Position numbers and translations under genes: made by a program. Of a stretch of DNA of 64,000 bases, positions 40,132 to 50,929 are shown one piece after another. Position 1 is the first letter of the stretch. Every line of letters starts with the position of its first letter. The stretch lies in the NCBI GenBank assembly GCA_965209155.1, contig OZ242383.1:3520001-3584000 (forward strand). The letters run 5' to 3'. Under the pieces are notes generated by a model, which saw only the letters and a list, made by a program, of their open reading frames with translations, searched no databases and was not told where the DNA came from. This stretch comes from a bacterium. Lineage in GTDB: Bacteria > SAR324 > NAC60-12.

Positions 40132-42969
40132 CTATCTTCCATTCTTTAAATTCAGTTCCAATAGTTCACGCAGCGCGTCGTCTTCGGAGATGTCGGCAGA
40201 CCAACCGTAAGCGGTGGCGACGGCGGCATCGAGCGCGTCATGCGCATCGGCCAGCCATTGAGGACGCACATTGTAGAGGTTCGTGAGCGTACGGGCTTTG
40301 AGTTCCTTTGCCACCGCATCATTGCGGGCAACTGGTCGCTTTGGATAGCCGGGGACCGGTTCCTCGACCCATTCCACCCATTCCGGAGGATGGAGCCAGC
40401 GGTCACGCAATTCAACCAAGCGTCGCGCAGCTGTCGCGATGTTAACTGCGCGAGGCTCGTGCGCATATCTGGCGGCGGGAACGTCGGGAGAGAGTCCATC
40501 CGGGAAAGGAAAAGTTTCGAAGGTCGTGGTCGGTGTGTAGCGTGGGCGATCTTCCAAACTGGTTCCAAGTCGCAATGACCAAGCCTCATGAAAGCGGCTG
40601 TGCAGGATACCAAAGATGGTATCGTCGTCGCGTGCGATGACGATCAATTGATGGTCGGGACAGATACGAACGTCGCACCATACGAACAGACGATGCTTGG
40701 CGACGGTGGGTGTGGCGATATAGCGAGATAAACCGGTGAGAGTTCGCCATGACTCGGGACCAGGTGATACATGCTTCCACCAAAAGCGAGCCCGTGCCTT
40801 ATGACGACCTTTTTTCCTCATAGGCCGGACGTATTCCGCGATGTGAGCAAACGGTGATTCGTAAAGAGAGGCATCGGCTTCGTTCATAGAGAAACCGAAA
40901 TCAATAATCCATTTGCCTGCCGGACGGCGGGTTACGTCCATACCATTTATCCGCGGTTTAAGAACGTCAGTATTTGGTCGACCATTCGGATTGGCAGGAA
41001 GACGGAGCCACTTACGGGCAAGGTCTCCTGAAATGTCAAATGAGCCCCCCTTGATGTCTCCCATGAAGGCATGGCCTACGTTTCGAGCTATTTTCTGTGC
41101 TTTGGTGAGGTTGACCATCCCGGTCGTTAAATCGGAGTTCACATTCTTCACATGCTCCCCATTTAGCGTGACAGGTAACCCGTCCTCGGTGCCGGCAAAG
41201 CAAATGAGGGAAACACGAACTGCAGCCCCTTCGATCACCCAGGGCTCGTCCGACCAGGCATCAAAGACAACCCCATGCTCAACAATCCGGTCCAGTACCG
41301 GACGGTTGCGCCCGCCCCGGATGGAATTTGTCGCAACCAGACCGGCACGGGCAATCTTCCCGTCGGCGACCAGGCGCGCTGCTTTGTCGAACCAATAACA
41401 AACCAGATCGGCCTCACCATGTATCCTGGAAGCGAAATGGAGTTTCAAAGACTCCACATAATCGTCACCCAAACCTTTGCGTAAAAGTTTGCCTCCCAGA
41501 AATGGTGGATTGCCGATCACCACATCGGCTGCCGGCCATTCAGGCTCTTCACCCTCCGGCGTCAGGATGGCGTCGCGGCATTCGATGGTCTCCAGGGGTT
41601 CAAGAATCGGATCACTCGATCCGTTGAAACCGTTGCGCCGCATCCACTGGATTTCACCAATCCACACCGACACCCGCGCCAGTTCGGCGGCGTAAGGATT
41701 GATTTCGATGCCCTTCACATTGGCCGGCCCCACCGATGGAAACATCCGATGGAGACCAAGGGCTTCGGCTTCTAATTGCACCCGGTGCTCCAATTCTAAA
41801 AGCGTCTGTAATGCCAGATAGAGGAAATTTCCCGACCCGCAGGCAGGATCGAGCACGGTGAAATTCCTCAGTCGCTCGAGAAATTCGCGGAGTGATTTTT
41901 CCGCCTTCTCACGTTGTTGGTTCTTTACCGCTTTCGACCAGGTGATCTCACTTCGCTTCAGACAGGCTGCAATCTCATTTTTTTCCTTCTCCCATTCGGT
42001 GAGCCAGGGACGTTTCACCACCGGATCTATGATCAGCATGATCTTTTCATGGTCAGTATAGTGCGCACCGAGTTGAGAGCGTTTGTCAGGATCGAGTCCA
42101 CGTTCGAATAAGGTACCCAGGATCGAAGGATCAATTTCCGACCAGTCGAGGGTCGCTGTCGTCAATACCGTTTCGATCTCGGATTTCTCCAGTGAAAGAA
42201 CGGCATCATCATCGAACAATCCCCCATTGAACTTGTCCACTTCCTCGAACCCGACCCGGCCCCCTGAGGCCATTGCCCGGAACAAATCACCAGCCAATGC
42301 GGAAAAATCATCTGGTTTACGACGTGCTTGTTTCAGCATCCGTGTGAATAAGTCGTTTGGCAAAAGACCTACGTCTTCGGCAAACATACAAAACACAAGA
42401 CGATTGACGAAATGCGCGACCTCGTGGCTGTTGTGACCGCGTTCCCGTAACGACTGAGCGAGTGAGGCAAATTCCTTCGCCGCCCGCTCGGTGAGCGCCT
42501 GTCTGCTTTCACCGGGTTTCAACCGCTCGGGATCGGACAATGCCCATTTTAGCTTATTCCGGTTGGCTGCGTCCGTGAGATCATGCAAAGTGAACTCGTG
42601 CGTCTTGCTCACGCTGTTGGTCCAGTTGGTACGAATACGGAATCGCTCCATGTCGGAGACGATCAACAGCGGCGGGTTTTCCAAGGCGAGCGCGTATTGT
42701 CGCAACTGGTTGAATGCCAAGTCTAGATTCGCGTGCTTGCCCTTGTACTCCCAAGCGAAGTGGTGGTGTTTCCACACATCGGCCCAACCCTCTCCACCGG
42801 AATCCTTGCGCGCGCCACGCTCGAAACAATAGTGTTCACCACTCGGATCATCTTCCGCCGGCGTCGGTTCCCCGAGTAAGTGGCACAAGTCAATGAAGTG
42901 TTCCTGCGCAGCAGAGCGTTCCTTCAATGAAGACGCCTGCCACTTGCTGATGAATTCGACCGGAGTCAT
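40132..42969 (-). CDS. MmeI-like single-chain type II (IIG/IIL) restriction-modification enzyme
   Basis: N-terminal AD..EYK nuclease-like motif, FNGGLF, GAHYT, DPACGSGNF, GNPPF, C-terminal TRD with RYTPTTTFETFPFP. Confidence 0.88.
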   Translation of the reverse strand: MTPVEFISKWQASSLKERSAAQEHFIDLCHLLGEPTPAEDDPSGEHYCFERGARKDSGGEGWADVWKHHHFAWEYKGKHANLDLAFNQLRQYALALENPPLLIVSDMERFRIRTNWTNSVSKTHEFTLHDLTDAANRNKLKWALSDPERLKPGESRQALTERAAKEFASLAQSLRERGHNSHEVAHFVNRLVFCMFAEDVGLLPNDLFTRMLKQARRKPDDFSALAGDLFRAMASGGRVGFEEVDKFNGGLFDDDAVLSLEKSEIETVLTTATLDWSEIDPSILGTLFERGLDPDKRSQLGAHYTDHEKIMLIIDPVVKRPWLTEWEKEKNEIAACLKRSEITWSKAVKNQQREKAEKSLREFLERLRNFTVLDPACGSGNFLYLALQTLLELEHRVQLEAEALGLHRMFPSVGPANVKGIEINPYAAELARVSVWIGEIQWMRRNGFNGSSDPILEPLETIECRDAILTPEGEEPEWPAADVVIGNPPFLGGKLLRKGLGDDYVESLKLHFASRIHGEADLVCYWFDKAARLVADGKIARAGLVATNSIRGGRNRPVLDRIVEHGVVFDAWSDEPWVIEGAAVRVSLICFAGTEDGLPVTLNGEHVKNVNSDLTTGMVNLTKAQKIARNVGHAFMGDIKGGSFDISGDLARKWLRLPANPNGRPNTDVLKPRINGMDVTRRPAGKWIIDFGFSMNEADASLYESPFAHIAEYVRPMRKKGRHKARARFWWKHVSPGPESWRTLTGLSRYIATPTVAKHRLFVWCDVRICPDHQLIVIARDDDTIFGILHSRFHEAWSLRLGTSLEDRPRYTPTTTFETFPFPDGLSPDVPAARYAHEPRAVNIATAARRLVELRDRWLHPPEWVEWVEEPVPGYPKRPVARNDAVAKELKARTLTNLYNVRPQWLADAHDALDAAVATAYGWSADISEDDALRELLELNLKNGR

Positions 42970-43189
42970 GATCGCCTCGCCTTGACGGGATCTTCTGCGT
43001 TGGGATTCAAATTCATGATACTTGTCTTTGACTGATCGAGGAGCAAGGCGTGCTGACTTCCGGGACTATTTCGTGTCCTGAATCGCAGCAAATGGGAAGA
43101 ATTTTCTGAAATGCTCGATCATTTCCATTGTTCTTGGTTTTAATAGTCTTTGGAATTGGGAGTCGCAAGTTGTTTTTGCCAGTGAAATA

Positions 43190-43470
43190 AAACTCGCATG
43201 CTCAAAAAGCTCCGGGTTAAAGTAACATTGACCCTGGCAATTCGAATCATATTTTCAGCAGTGTTTTTGAGGTTTTCAAGATCTTTGGCTCATCTTCTGA
43301 ATCCCCCGAACCAAACGAAGGCACGCTCCACAATCCACAGTTTTTTCGAGAGCTCCCACTGCCTTTGGTTCCTTCAGAGATGTCGAGTTTGAATCCCAAC
43401 ACCTTTTCCACAAACTCCGGCGAAGTCCCATTCTTCATACGCCTCCACTTGATCATTCGTGTTGCTACTT
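43190..43470 (-). pseudogene. IS5-family transposase C-terminal remnant
   Basis: KLWIVERAFVWFGGFRR*AKD.E (RWxVER..W...RRL.KD.E motif) with a stop and frameshift. Boundaries approximate. Confidence 0.7.
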
Positions 43471-43671
43471 TCTCGGGTTTTGCTTACCATATTCATGCGA
43501 TCCGCGTTCATTGGGTTGAGATTTGTGTGGTAAATGAAACCATAACGTAACGAATGTGAGTTCTTCTTTCAATTTTCATCTGAATTCATGACAATTCCTT
43601 GATTCAGTTCAGAGAATAGTAAAAAACCAGAAGGGTAGTGGGATAAGTAGTTGTTTTATGGAAGGGATAAT

Positions 43672-43938
43672 ATGTCTATTTACGTTGTAGTTATAAGTGG
43701 TCCAGATAAGGATCCTGATGTGATAAAGCGAATTAAAGAAAATTGGCCTGATAATTATTATCCATATTTAGAAAATACTATACTTATTGCACCCCAAAAA
43801 CCGACTTTCGTAGATGATATAACTGAAAAAATTGGTTTTTCAAAACAAGGTAAGTCAACAGGATTTGTTTGTCAGATTGGGGCAATACAAGGGGATACGT
43901 CTTCAAAACTATGGGAGTGGATATCACGTTATGAATGA
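43672..43938 (+). CDS. Small hypothetical protein, possibly ferredoxin-like fold
   Basis: AT-rich 88-aa ORF with alternating beta/alpha pattern, ends LWEWI. Confidence 0.6.
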   Translation: MSIYVVVISGPDKDPDVIKRIKENWPDNYYPYLENTILIAPQKPTFVDDITEKIGFSKQGKSTGFVCQIGAIQGDTSSKLWEWISRYE

Positions 43939-44239
43939 TAAAATTACAGATTTGGAGAGCTATAGATCAAATCGAACTAAAAGCGACTATGGTCAAGGCA
44001 ATGGGGGAATCATTCGATATCGATTGAGTATACTGGAGGAAAATGTCAAGGAGATTAAATCCGAACAAAAAGAAATTAGAAATAAACTAAATTACATAAT
44101 GAATAATCTCAAAGAAATTAAAGGAGAACTTAAAAGAACACCAGGCACTTGCACGATTTTTTCATTTATAACGTTACCTTTATTGATTGCGGTATTGGTG
44201 TTAATCTTCAAAGAGCAGATTGTGCTTTTAATTCCATGA
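43931..44239 (+). CDS. Coiled-coil protein with C-terminal TM helix
   Basis: RLSILEENVKEIKSEQKEI heptads and hydrophobic tail. Overlaps the upstream stop. Confidence 0.6.
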   Translation: MNDKITDLESYRSNRTKSDYGQGNGGIIRYRLSILEENVKEIKSEQKEIRNKLNYIMNNLKEIKGELKRTPGTCTIFSFITLPLLIAVLVLIFKEQIVLLIP

Positions 44240-44468
44240 TTGATTCCCTTGTCAAAGACGGGCAATCGGTTTTCCTATGAAATCGATTGAAGTCGGTGGA
44301 CCAAACCATTTTTTAAGATGCTTCAAATACGGACTCAACATGCTGGAGTAATTCGATGGGAATTCTATTTCAGAGCAGGTGAATAGAATGATTCGAATGC
44401 GCCTCTCTGGTCGAATGACTTCCAGAGTAGTCGTTCGTAATCCGATCAACCCATATTTGGAGCATGTT

Positions 44469-46364
44469 ATGAATATAAAAAAAGAGGACCTCCCGCTCGA
44501 CGAGTTTGGTGCAATCAACTTCTCGCATGAAGGGGAAACCGAATTCGATCTAGTTCTGGAACGGGCTCTTTCCCGACGTCGCTTTTTAGGAGGCGTCGCT
44601 TCCGTCGGGGTGAGCGCCTTCCTGTTGAGTGCTGGTGCGTTGATTCCCAAAAACGGGAGCGCAAAAGGCAGGCTACTGAATTTTGATGCGATTCCTGCTA
44701 ACAGTCGGGACACGGTCTCGGTACCGCGAGGTTACAGTTGGCACGTTGTGGTTGCCTGGGGTGATCCGATGTGGTCAAAAGGCTCCCGCTTCAACCACAC
44801 GACCCGGGGAAGCGGAGCCAGTCAGGAATTGGCATTTGGCGACAACAACGACGGTATGGCATTTTTGAACGTCGATGGGCATTCCCTGCTGGTTGTCAAT
44901 AATGAGTACGTGAATCAAAAAATAATTTACGGGAATCGCGCAAGCGGAGCAGTGGAAAATGCGGACGACGTGCGTAAAGGCAAAGCAGCCCACGGAATCA
45001 GCATCGTGGAGATTTCCAAAAAAATGGGACGCTGGAGCATCGTCGTGGATTCTTCCTTCAACCGTAGAATCACGGCGGATTCTCCCATGGAAATCACGGG
45101 TCCGGCACGTGGACACGATTTGCTGAAAACCGCCGCCGATCCCTCGGGGACGCAATCCCTGGGAACCTGGAACAATTGTGGAAACGGTCGCACTCCCTGG
45201 GGCACTTATCTCACCTGCGAAGAGAATTTCAACGGGTATTTCTCGAGCAGCAATCCCGATCTCCCCTTGTCAGCGGCCATGAAGCGTTACGGCATCGGCA
45301 TCAAAGACAGTGGCTATGCCTGGGCCACGACTGATGAACGATTCGACCTCAGCAAGCATCCCCATGAGCCGAATCGCGCCGGTTATATCGTCGAGGTCGA
45401 CCCCACCGACCCCACTTCGACTCCTAACAAAAGAACGGCGCTGGGGCGCTTCAAACACGAAAACGTAGAAGTGGTGGTGGCAAAAAATGGCCACGTGGTT
45501 GCTTATTCGGGAGACGATGAACGGGGTGAGTTCCTCTATAAGTTCGTTTCGCGGGATAAGTACATAGAAGGAGGCAACAATGCGGAACTTCTGGCAGATG
45601 GAAGGCTTTACGTCGCCCGGTTCAGTGAGACGGGACGTGGAGTGTGGATCGAACTGACCCCGGCCACTACCGGGATGTCTTCCCAGGCCGAAATTTCAAT
45701 TCATACCCGGCAGGCGGCCTCTGCCGTTGGAGCCACCACGATGGATCGACCGGAATGGGTGGCAGCCAACCCCATGAAAGTGGAGGCTTATTGCGCATTG
45801 ACCAACAACAAGAACCGTGGCATCCAACCCAATGCCGGAGGAGACCCCACCCCGGTTGGTGGTCCCAATCCTCGCAAGGCGAACCACTATGGTCAAATCG
45901 TACGTTGGATACCGGACCATGAAGATCATTCCGCGACTGGTTTTCGGTGGGACCTGTTTGTGGTGGCCGGCAATCCAACCGTCCACCAGGATGCTTATGC
46001 CGGATCCGACAACGTCCATAAAGACAACATGTTCAATTCTCCCGACGGAATTGCCTTCGACAGGCAAGGAGGCCTGTGGATCCAGACCGACGGGAACTAT
46101 TCCAACAGCGAGGATTTTGCCGGACAAGGCAACAATCAAATGTTGCTGGGGGATACCGTAACGGGTGAAATCAAACGCTTCCTGGTCGGACCGAGGGAAT
46201 GCGAAATCACGGGAATGGCCTGGAGCAGCGATAGAAAAACGATGTTCGTGGGCATCCAACATCCCGGAGAAGAAGGAAATTCCCATTTTCCCGGAGGAGG
46301 TGAAAGCGTTCCCAGGTCATGCGTGATCGCCATCAACAAGGATGACGGCAGTTTGATCGGTTGA
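44469..46364 (+). CDS. phoX: PhoX-family alkaline phosphatase (Tat-exported)
   Basis: SRRRFL Tat motif, GDNNDG, NCGNG.TPWGTYLTCEEN, GRFKHE, MDRPE, IQHPG. Confidence 0.92.
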   Translation: MNIKKEDLPLDEFGAINFSHEGETEFDLVLERALSRRRFLGGVASVGVSAFLLSAGALIPKNGSAKGRLLNFDAIPANSRDTVSVPRGYSWHVVVAWGDPMWSKGSRFNHTTRGSGASQELAFGDNNDGMAFLNVDGHSLLVVNNEYVNQKIIYGNRASGAVENADDVRKGKAAHGISIVEISKKMGRWSIVVDSSFNRRITADSPMEITGPARGHDLLKTAADPSGTQSLGTWNNCGNGRTPWGTYLTCEENFNGYFSSSNPDLPLSAAMKRYGIGIKDSGYAWATTDERFDLSKHPHEPNRAGYIVEVDPTDPTSTPNKRTALGRFKHENVEVVVAKNGHVVAYSGDDERGEFLYKFVSRDKYIEGGNNAELLADGRLYVARFSETGRGVWIELTPATTGMSSQAEISIHTRQAASAVGATTMDRPEWVAANPMKVEAYCALTNNKNRGIQPNAGGDPTPVGGPNPRKANHYGQIVRWIPDHEDHSATGFRWDLFVVAGNPTVHQDAYAGSDNVHKDNMFNSPDGIAFDRQGGLWIQTDGNYSNSEDFAGQGNNQMLLGDTVTGEIKRFLVGPRECEITGMAWSSDRKTMFVGIQHPGEEGNSHFPGGGESVPRSCVIAINKDDGSLIG

Positions 46365-46406
46365 GCGCAACCCATGGCAGGGAAAAGGGGAAATTCGACA
46401 GGCGCG

Positions 46407-49400
46407 TCACCGGTGCTTCGCAGCTTTTCCAAAACCTCCGCCTCCCGGAGTCATGATGCGGATGCGCTCCCCGGCCTGAGCCCGGATTTCGTTTTTCCCT
46501 CCCAAATTGAGTACCCTGCCATCTTGGCGAATGAACAGGTTCTGCCCTTGCATTCCGGGCTCTCCCCCCTCCAGCCCGTAAGGCGCGAAAGCACGCCTTT
46601 CCGAAAGGATGGCGACGTTAAGTGGTTCCAGAAATTCTATCTCCCGGATCATCCCGTCGCCCCCATTGAATGTTCCATGTCCTCCTGATCCTTGACGAAT
46701 ACTGAATTCCCGCAAGATCACGGGATAGCGTCGTTCCAGAATTTCAGGGTCGGTGATACGGGTATTGGTCATGTGGGTGTGGACGGCGGACTGACCATGC
46801 CAGGAAGGTCCGGCGCCGGCTCCTCCGCCTATGGTTTCGTAATAACCGAAACGCTCGTTCCCGAAGGTCAGGTTGTTGGTGCATCCCTGGGACGCCGCCG
46901 CGGCCTTAAAGGCTTTCAGCACAACGTCGGTGACGCGTTGAGAAGTGAGTACGTTGCCACCAACCACCGCTGCCTGTTCTGAAGGAGCCAACAACGAACC
47001 GTCTTCGATGATCACTTCAATGGGATTCAAACAGCCCTGGTTGAGGGGAATGTCCTCCTGGATGAGACAACGCAGGGAATAAATGAGGGCCGATTGCGTC
47101 ACGGCGCGCGGCGCGTTCAAATTCCCCCATATTTCCGCGCCGGTTCCCCGGAAATCGAATATAGCGCTTCCGTCCCGCCGGTCGATCGTCAAATGCAGGA
47201 TTATGGGGCTCCCGTCATCCAGAAAATCCCTGGCAGTGACCGTGTCCACCTCAGCCAGACCCCGGGAAAGAGACAGGCGTTGAAACATATTTCTCACCGC
47301 CTGCTCCGCATTGCCCTGGATATGATGCATGTAGGCTTGCACGACAGGCAGGGAATATTGCTCAATCATCTCCACCAGCAGGTCCACCCCGCGTTGATTG
47401 GCCGCTACTTGCGCTTTCAGGTCCGAAATATTGTCCTTGATCCGACGTGTCCCGCTGATGACCGCCAAGTGCGGAGCGCGCCGGATTTTTCCCGGGGCAA
47501 AAAGCAATTCGCGTATTCCTGTTTCGTTGAATGATCCCCCAGTCACCAGTTTAAAACTCTCGATGCAGGCTCCTTCTTCTTCCAGGACACGGGAAAAAGG
47601 CGGCATGGAACCCGGAGAAATGCCTCCGATTTCCGCATGGTGGCCCCGGCTGGCCACAAAAAAGATCGGTTTTCTGTTTTGCCACACGGGAGTAATGACG
47701 GTGATATCGGGAAGGTGACTGCCCCCGGCCGATGGATGGTTCGATACCAACACGTCGCCGGTTTTCAGTTTTTCTCCTTGCAATCGTACCTGCTCACGGA
47801 CAGCTTCACTCATCGCACCCAAGTGTACCGGTACGTGAGGCGCGTTGGCCACGAGGCCCCCCGTCTCGTCAAAAATGGCGCAAGAAAAATCGAGACGCTC
47901 CTTGATATTGACGGAGATCGCAGTACGCTCCAGGATGCGTCCCATTTGTTCGGCAATGGACATGAAAAGGTTACTGAAAATGGATAGCTGGATGGGGTCG
48001 ACTCGAGCGTTGACGATGAGGCGACCTTTTGATTCCAGGTGGTTGCCCGTACCGGTATGTCGAGAGTCGCGGTCCGCCCTCGGGTGTATGGGACTCACCG
48101 TAATCGCCACGTCTCCAAATTTTGTAATTTCTGCCCGGCACCCTGGTTCGACGAGAATGGTGGACGTGTCTTGCATGAGAATTGCGGGTCCAGGCAGGGA
48201 TTGTCCGGCCTCTAAGGTTTCCAGGCGGTAAATCGGCGTGTCCAACCAGCCTTCCTTGAAATAACAGCGGGTCCGGGTCTCGGCTTGGGGAAGGATTCCC
48301 CGACACGCAACGGGGAATTTTTTCAAGGCGGGGGATTTGGCGATTGCCCGCACGCGAAGGTCATCGACCAGGATGGGGCGATCATGCAAATCAAATCCAA
48401 ATTCCCTCAGGTACGTATCGCGGAAGATTCGTTCAAAATCATTGTCATGCGGCTGTTTGATCATACGGGCCGTGTCGGTCCCCTCGAATCGAAGATTGAG
48501 ATAGCATTGCAATTGGATACTTTCGGGAGGATATCCTTGATCCCGAAGCGTTTTCACGGCAGTTTGCGCCAGGGCCTGCAGCCGTGGCAACTCTTTTTGT
48601 TGAAGCGAATCATGGTTGTAAAGGGAAGCGGAGGGTTCTTGCTTTTCTACCACCACGTCGGCCAACCCCATTCCATAGGCGGAAAGAATTCCGGCAAAAC
48701 GATGGATGAAAATTTTGGAGATCCCCAGTTCCCGGGCAATGGCGCAGGCATGTTGTCCGCCTGCGCCTCCGAAACAAGCCAGCACGTGTTCCTTGCTGTC
48801 ATAACCTCGCATGACGGATATTTCACGGATCGGACGAACCATGACCTCATTGGCCACTTCCAGAAATCCCAAGGCGACTTCCTCCTCAGTCAACGGCTTC
48901 GATCCCTTGCTTACGTAATGGGAGTTGATTTCTTTCGTCAAGTTTTCAAATGCTTGCCGGGATGCGTCCTCATCGAGGGGCAGGTCTTCGGATTTTCCAA
49001 AAATCCTGGGGAAATAGTCCTTGTGCAGACGACCGAGGAACAAGTTGGCGTCGGTAAGGGTCAGGTAACCTTGTTTACGGTAACAAAGCGGGCCGGGATG
49101 GGCTCCTGCCGATTCGGGACCCACTTCAAACATGCCATTGCGGAAAAACAAACGGGAGCCTCCTCCCGCCGCCACCGTCCTGATTTGCATTTGAGGCGCT
49201 TGGATGCGGACTCCGGCCGTTTCCGTTTCATGTACGAGTTCATATTCTCCTCCAAAGCGGGAAACGTCGGTGGACGTGCCACCCATATCAAAACCGATGA
49301 CGGGTTGCCGGGTTTCCCGATTCCAGGTTGTCATCGCATAACCCACCACTCCGCCTGCTGGTCCGGACAGGATGGCATTGCTGCCCTTGAAACGACCGGC

Positions 49401-50252
49401 ACCGACCAGTCCCCCATCCGATTGCATGAACAACAAAGGCGTATGGGCCAAGCGGTCGTTGAAACCCATGCGAAAACTGTTCAAATATTGGTGAATATGC
49501 GGAGTGAGATAAGCATCCACGGAGGTGGTGTCTCCACGGGCTACCATTTTTACCATCGGCATCACTTCATGAGAAAGCGATACCTGCGTAAAACCGATTT
49601 CCCGGGCAAGGCCACCCACTTTTTTTTCGTGCTCATGGAAGGTGTAGCCATGGATAAAGACCACCGCCACGCTACGAATTCCGCCTGCATACTCCACCTC
49701 GAGTTGACGTCGCACCTGCTCCCAATCGGGCTCTTGCAGGATCAGCAATCGTTCCCCGGAAATTCCTTCCACCACCCGCGCCTCTTCCCAGGCTTCTTCT
49801 TTCCGTAAGAGCCTCACGCGTTCGTCCACCTCGATCACGGATTGATACAACAAACGGGGCTTCTTGATTTCCAGGTCGAAAATCCGGGGGCGGTTCTGGT
49901 TGCCGATACGCAGGAGATCGCCGAATCCCCTGGTGGTCACCAAAACCGTTCTCGCGCCTTTTCGTTCCAGTAAGGCATTGGTTGCCACCGTGGTACCCAT
50001 CCGGATCCATTCGATCGATTCCGTGGGAATTCGCGTTTGTTGGGATGCGTCTTTCGGGAAAGAAGCGCCCGTCACTTCCTGCAAAATACGCCGGATGCCT
50101 TCCCGCGGCGCGTCCGGGTAGTTTTGAGGGTCCTCGGAAAGGAGCTTCACTACCCGGAATCCCGGCTCTCCGGGAATTTCCGCGTACACGTCGGTGAACG
50201 TCCCTCCCCGGTCGATGGAAAAACGAATTTTTGCAGGTTCAAAATCGCTCAA
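46407..50252 (-). CDS. 5-oxoprolinase (fused hydantoinase A+B)
   Basis: IDRGGTFTD, GTTVATNALLE, DMGGTSTD, NIKERLDFSCA, TPGGGGFG. Confidence 0.93.
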   Translation of the reverse strand: MSDFEPAKIRFSIDRGGTFTDVYAEIPGEPGFRVVKLLSEDPQNYPDAPREGIRRILQEVTGASFPKDASQQTRIPTESIEWIRMGTTVATNALLERKGARTVLVTTRGFGDLLRIGNQNRPRIFDLEIKKPRLLYQSVIEVDERVRLLRKEEAWEEARVVEGISGERLLILQEPDWEQVRRQLEVEYAGGIRSVAVVFIHGYTFHEHEKKVGGLAREIGFTQVSLSHEVMPMVKMVARGDTTSVDAYLTPHIHQYLNSFRMGFNDRLAHTPLLFMQSDGGLVGAGRFKGSNAILSGPAGGVVGYAMTTWNRETRQPVIGFDMGGTSTDVSRFGGEYELVHETETAGVRIQAPQMQIRTVAAGGGSRLFFRNGMFEVGPESAGAHPGPLCYRKQGYLTLTDANLFLGRLHKDYFPRIFGKSEDLPLDEDASRQAFENLTKEINSHYVSKGSKPLTEEEVALGFLEVANEVMVRPIREISVMRGYDSKEHVLACFGGAGGQHACAIARELGISKIFIHRFAGILSAYGMGLADVVVEKQEPSASLYNHDSLQQKELPRLQALAQTAVKTLRDQGYPPESIQLQCYLNLRFEGTDTARMIKQPHDNDFERIFRDTYLREFGFDLHDRPILVDDLRVRAIAKSPALKKFPVACRGILPQAETRTRCYFKEGWLDTPIYRLETLEAGQSLPGPAILMQDTSTILVEPGCRAEITKFGDVAITVSPIHPRADRDSRHTGTGNHLESKGRLIVNARVDPIQLSIFSNLFMSIAEQMGRILERTAISVNIKERLDFSCAIFDETGGLVANAPHVPVHLGAMSEAVREQVRLQGEKLKTGDVLVSNHPSAGGSHLPDITVITPVWQNRKPIFFVASRGHHAEIGGISPGSMPPFSRVLEEEGACIESFKLVTGGSFNETGIRELLFAPGKIRRAPHLAVISGTRRIKDNISDLKAQVAANQRGVDLLVEMIEQYSLPVVQAYMHHIQGNAEQAVRNMFQRLSLSRGLAEVDTVTARDFLDDGSPIILHLTIDRRDGSAIFDFRGTGAEIWGNLNAPRAVTQSALIYSLRCLIQEDIPLNQGCLNPIEVIIEDGSLLAPSEQAAVVGGNVLTSQRVTDVVLKAFKAAAASQGCTNNLTFGNERFGYYETIGGGAGAGPSWHGQSAVHTHMTNTRITDPEILERRYPVILREFSIRQGSGGHGTFNGGDGMIREIEFLEPLNVAILSERRAFAPYGLEGGEPGMQGQNLFIRQDGRVLNLGGKNEIRAQAGERIRIMTPGGGGFGKAAKHR

Positions 50253-50372
50253 GAAAGAATCCCGTGTCTATACGAAATGATTATTTTACGTGTGATCAAG
50301 CAGAACAATGAATTTTTATGATCTGCCACACCTTTCCCACCAGGACCCGCCGTCCGGATGCTCAGTTCCAGG

Positions 50373-50750
50373 TCAATCGATGATATATGTGTGCGTGATG
50401 ACTTCCCAGACATGACCATCATCGCAGTCAAAATAAAATCCTCGTCCCTGGTGCAAGTGGTTGATCTTGCCATTCTTGCGCTGCATCGGGGTGCTGCCGA
50501 AGGATCGCTTTTCATCCTTCAACCTTTGAAGGATTTCATCGAATTCCTTGTCGGATGCCAGAAAAGCGTAGTGGTGCGCATCGAATTGATCCATAGTGCA
50601 GAAGTCAAGCGTGAGGAATTCATTGATTGGTACCGGAGCAAAGCCCTTCCAAAGCCCCTCGTACTTTAAACCCAGCACCCGCGCGATGAAGGAAGCGGAC
50701 TTCTCATTATCGTAAGCAGGGACGATGGTATGATCGAGTTGTAGTGCCAT
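50373..50750 (-). CDS. VOC/glyoxalase family protein
   Basis: LDHTIV, HYAF, GRGFYF..DGH.WE. Confidence 0.88.
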   Translation of the reverse strand: MALQLDHTIVPAYDNEKSASFIARVLGLKYEGLWKGFAPVPINEFLTLDFCTMDQFDAHHYAFLASDKEFDEILQRLKDEKRSFGSTPMQRKNGKINHLHQGRGFYFDCDDGHVWEVITHTYIID

Positions 50751-50929
50751 GTTTGATATTTTTCTCGGGTTGAACTACAAGGAAATATCACAACGTGAAT
50801 CAAGAGTTAAAAAACGTGTCATTCCTGGCTTGACCAGGAATCCAGGGGATACGGGTGATATTTTGGATTCCGGATCATCCTGGTCCCGGATCAAGTCCGG
50901 GATGATACGGGACCAGCATGACACATCAA

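Noticed and set aside
34300..44240. Prophage or ICE
   Set aside because: No integrase, structural, replication or conjugation genes, and no att direct repeats noticed
48285..49808. 507-aa plus-strand ORF
   Set aside because: Antisense shadow of the 5-oxoprolinase gene with no recognisable motifs
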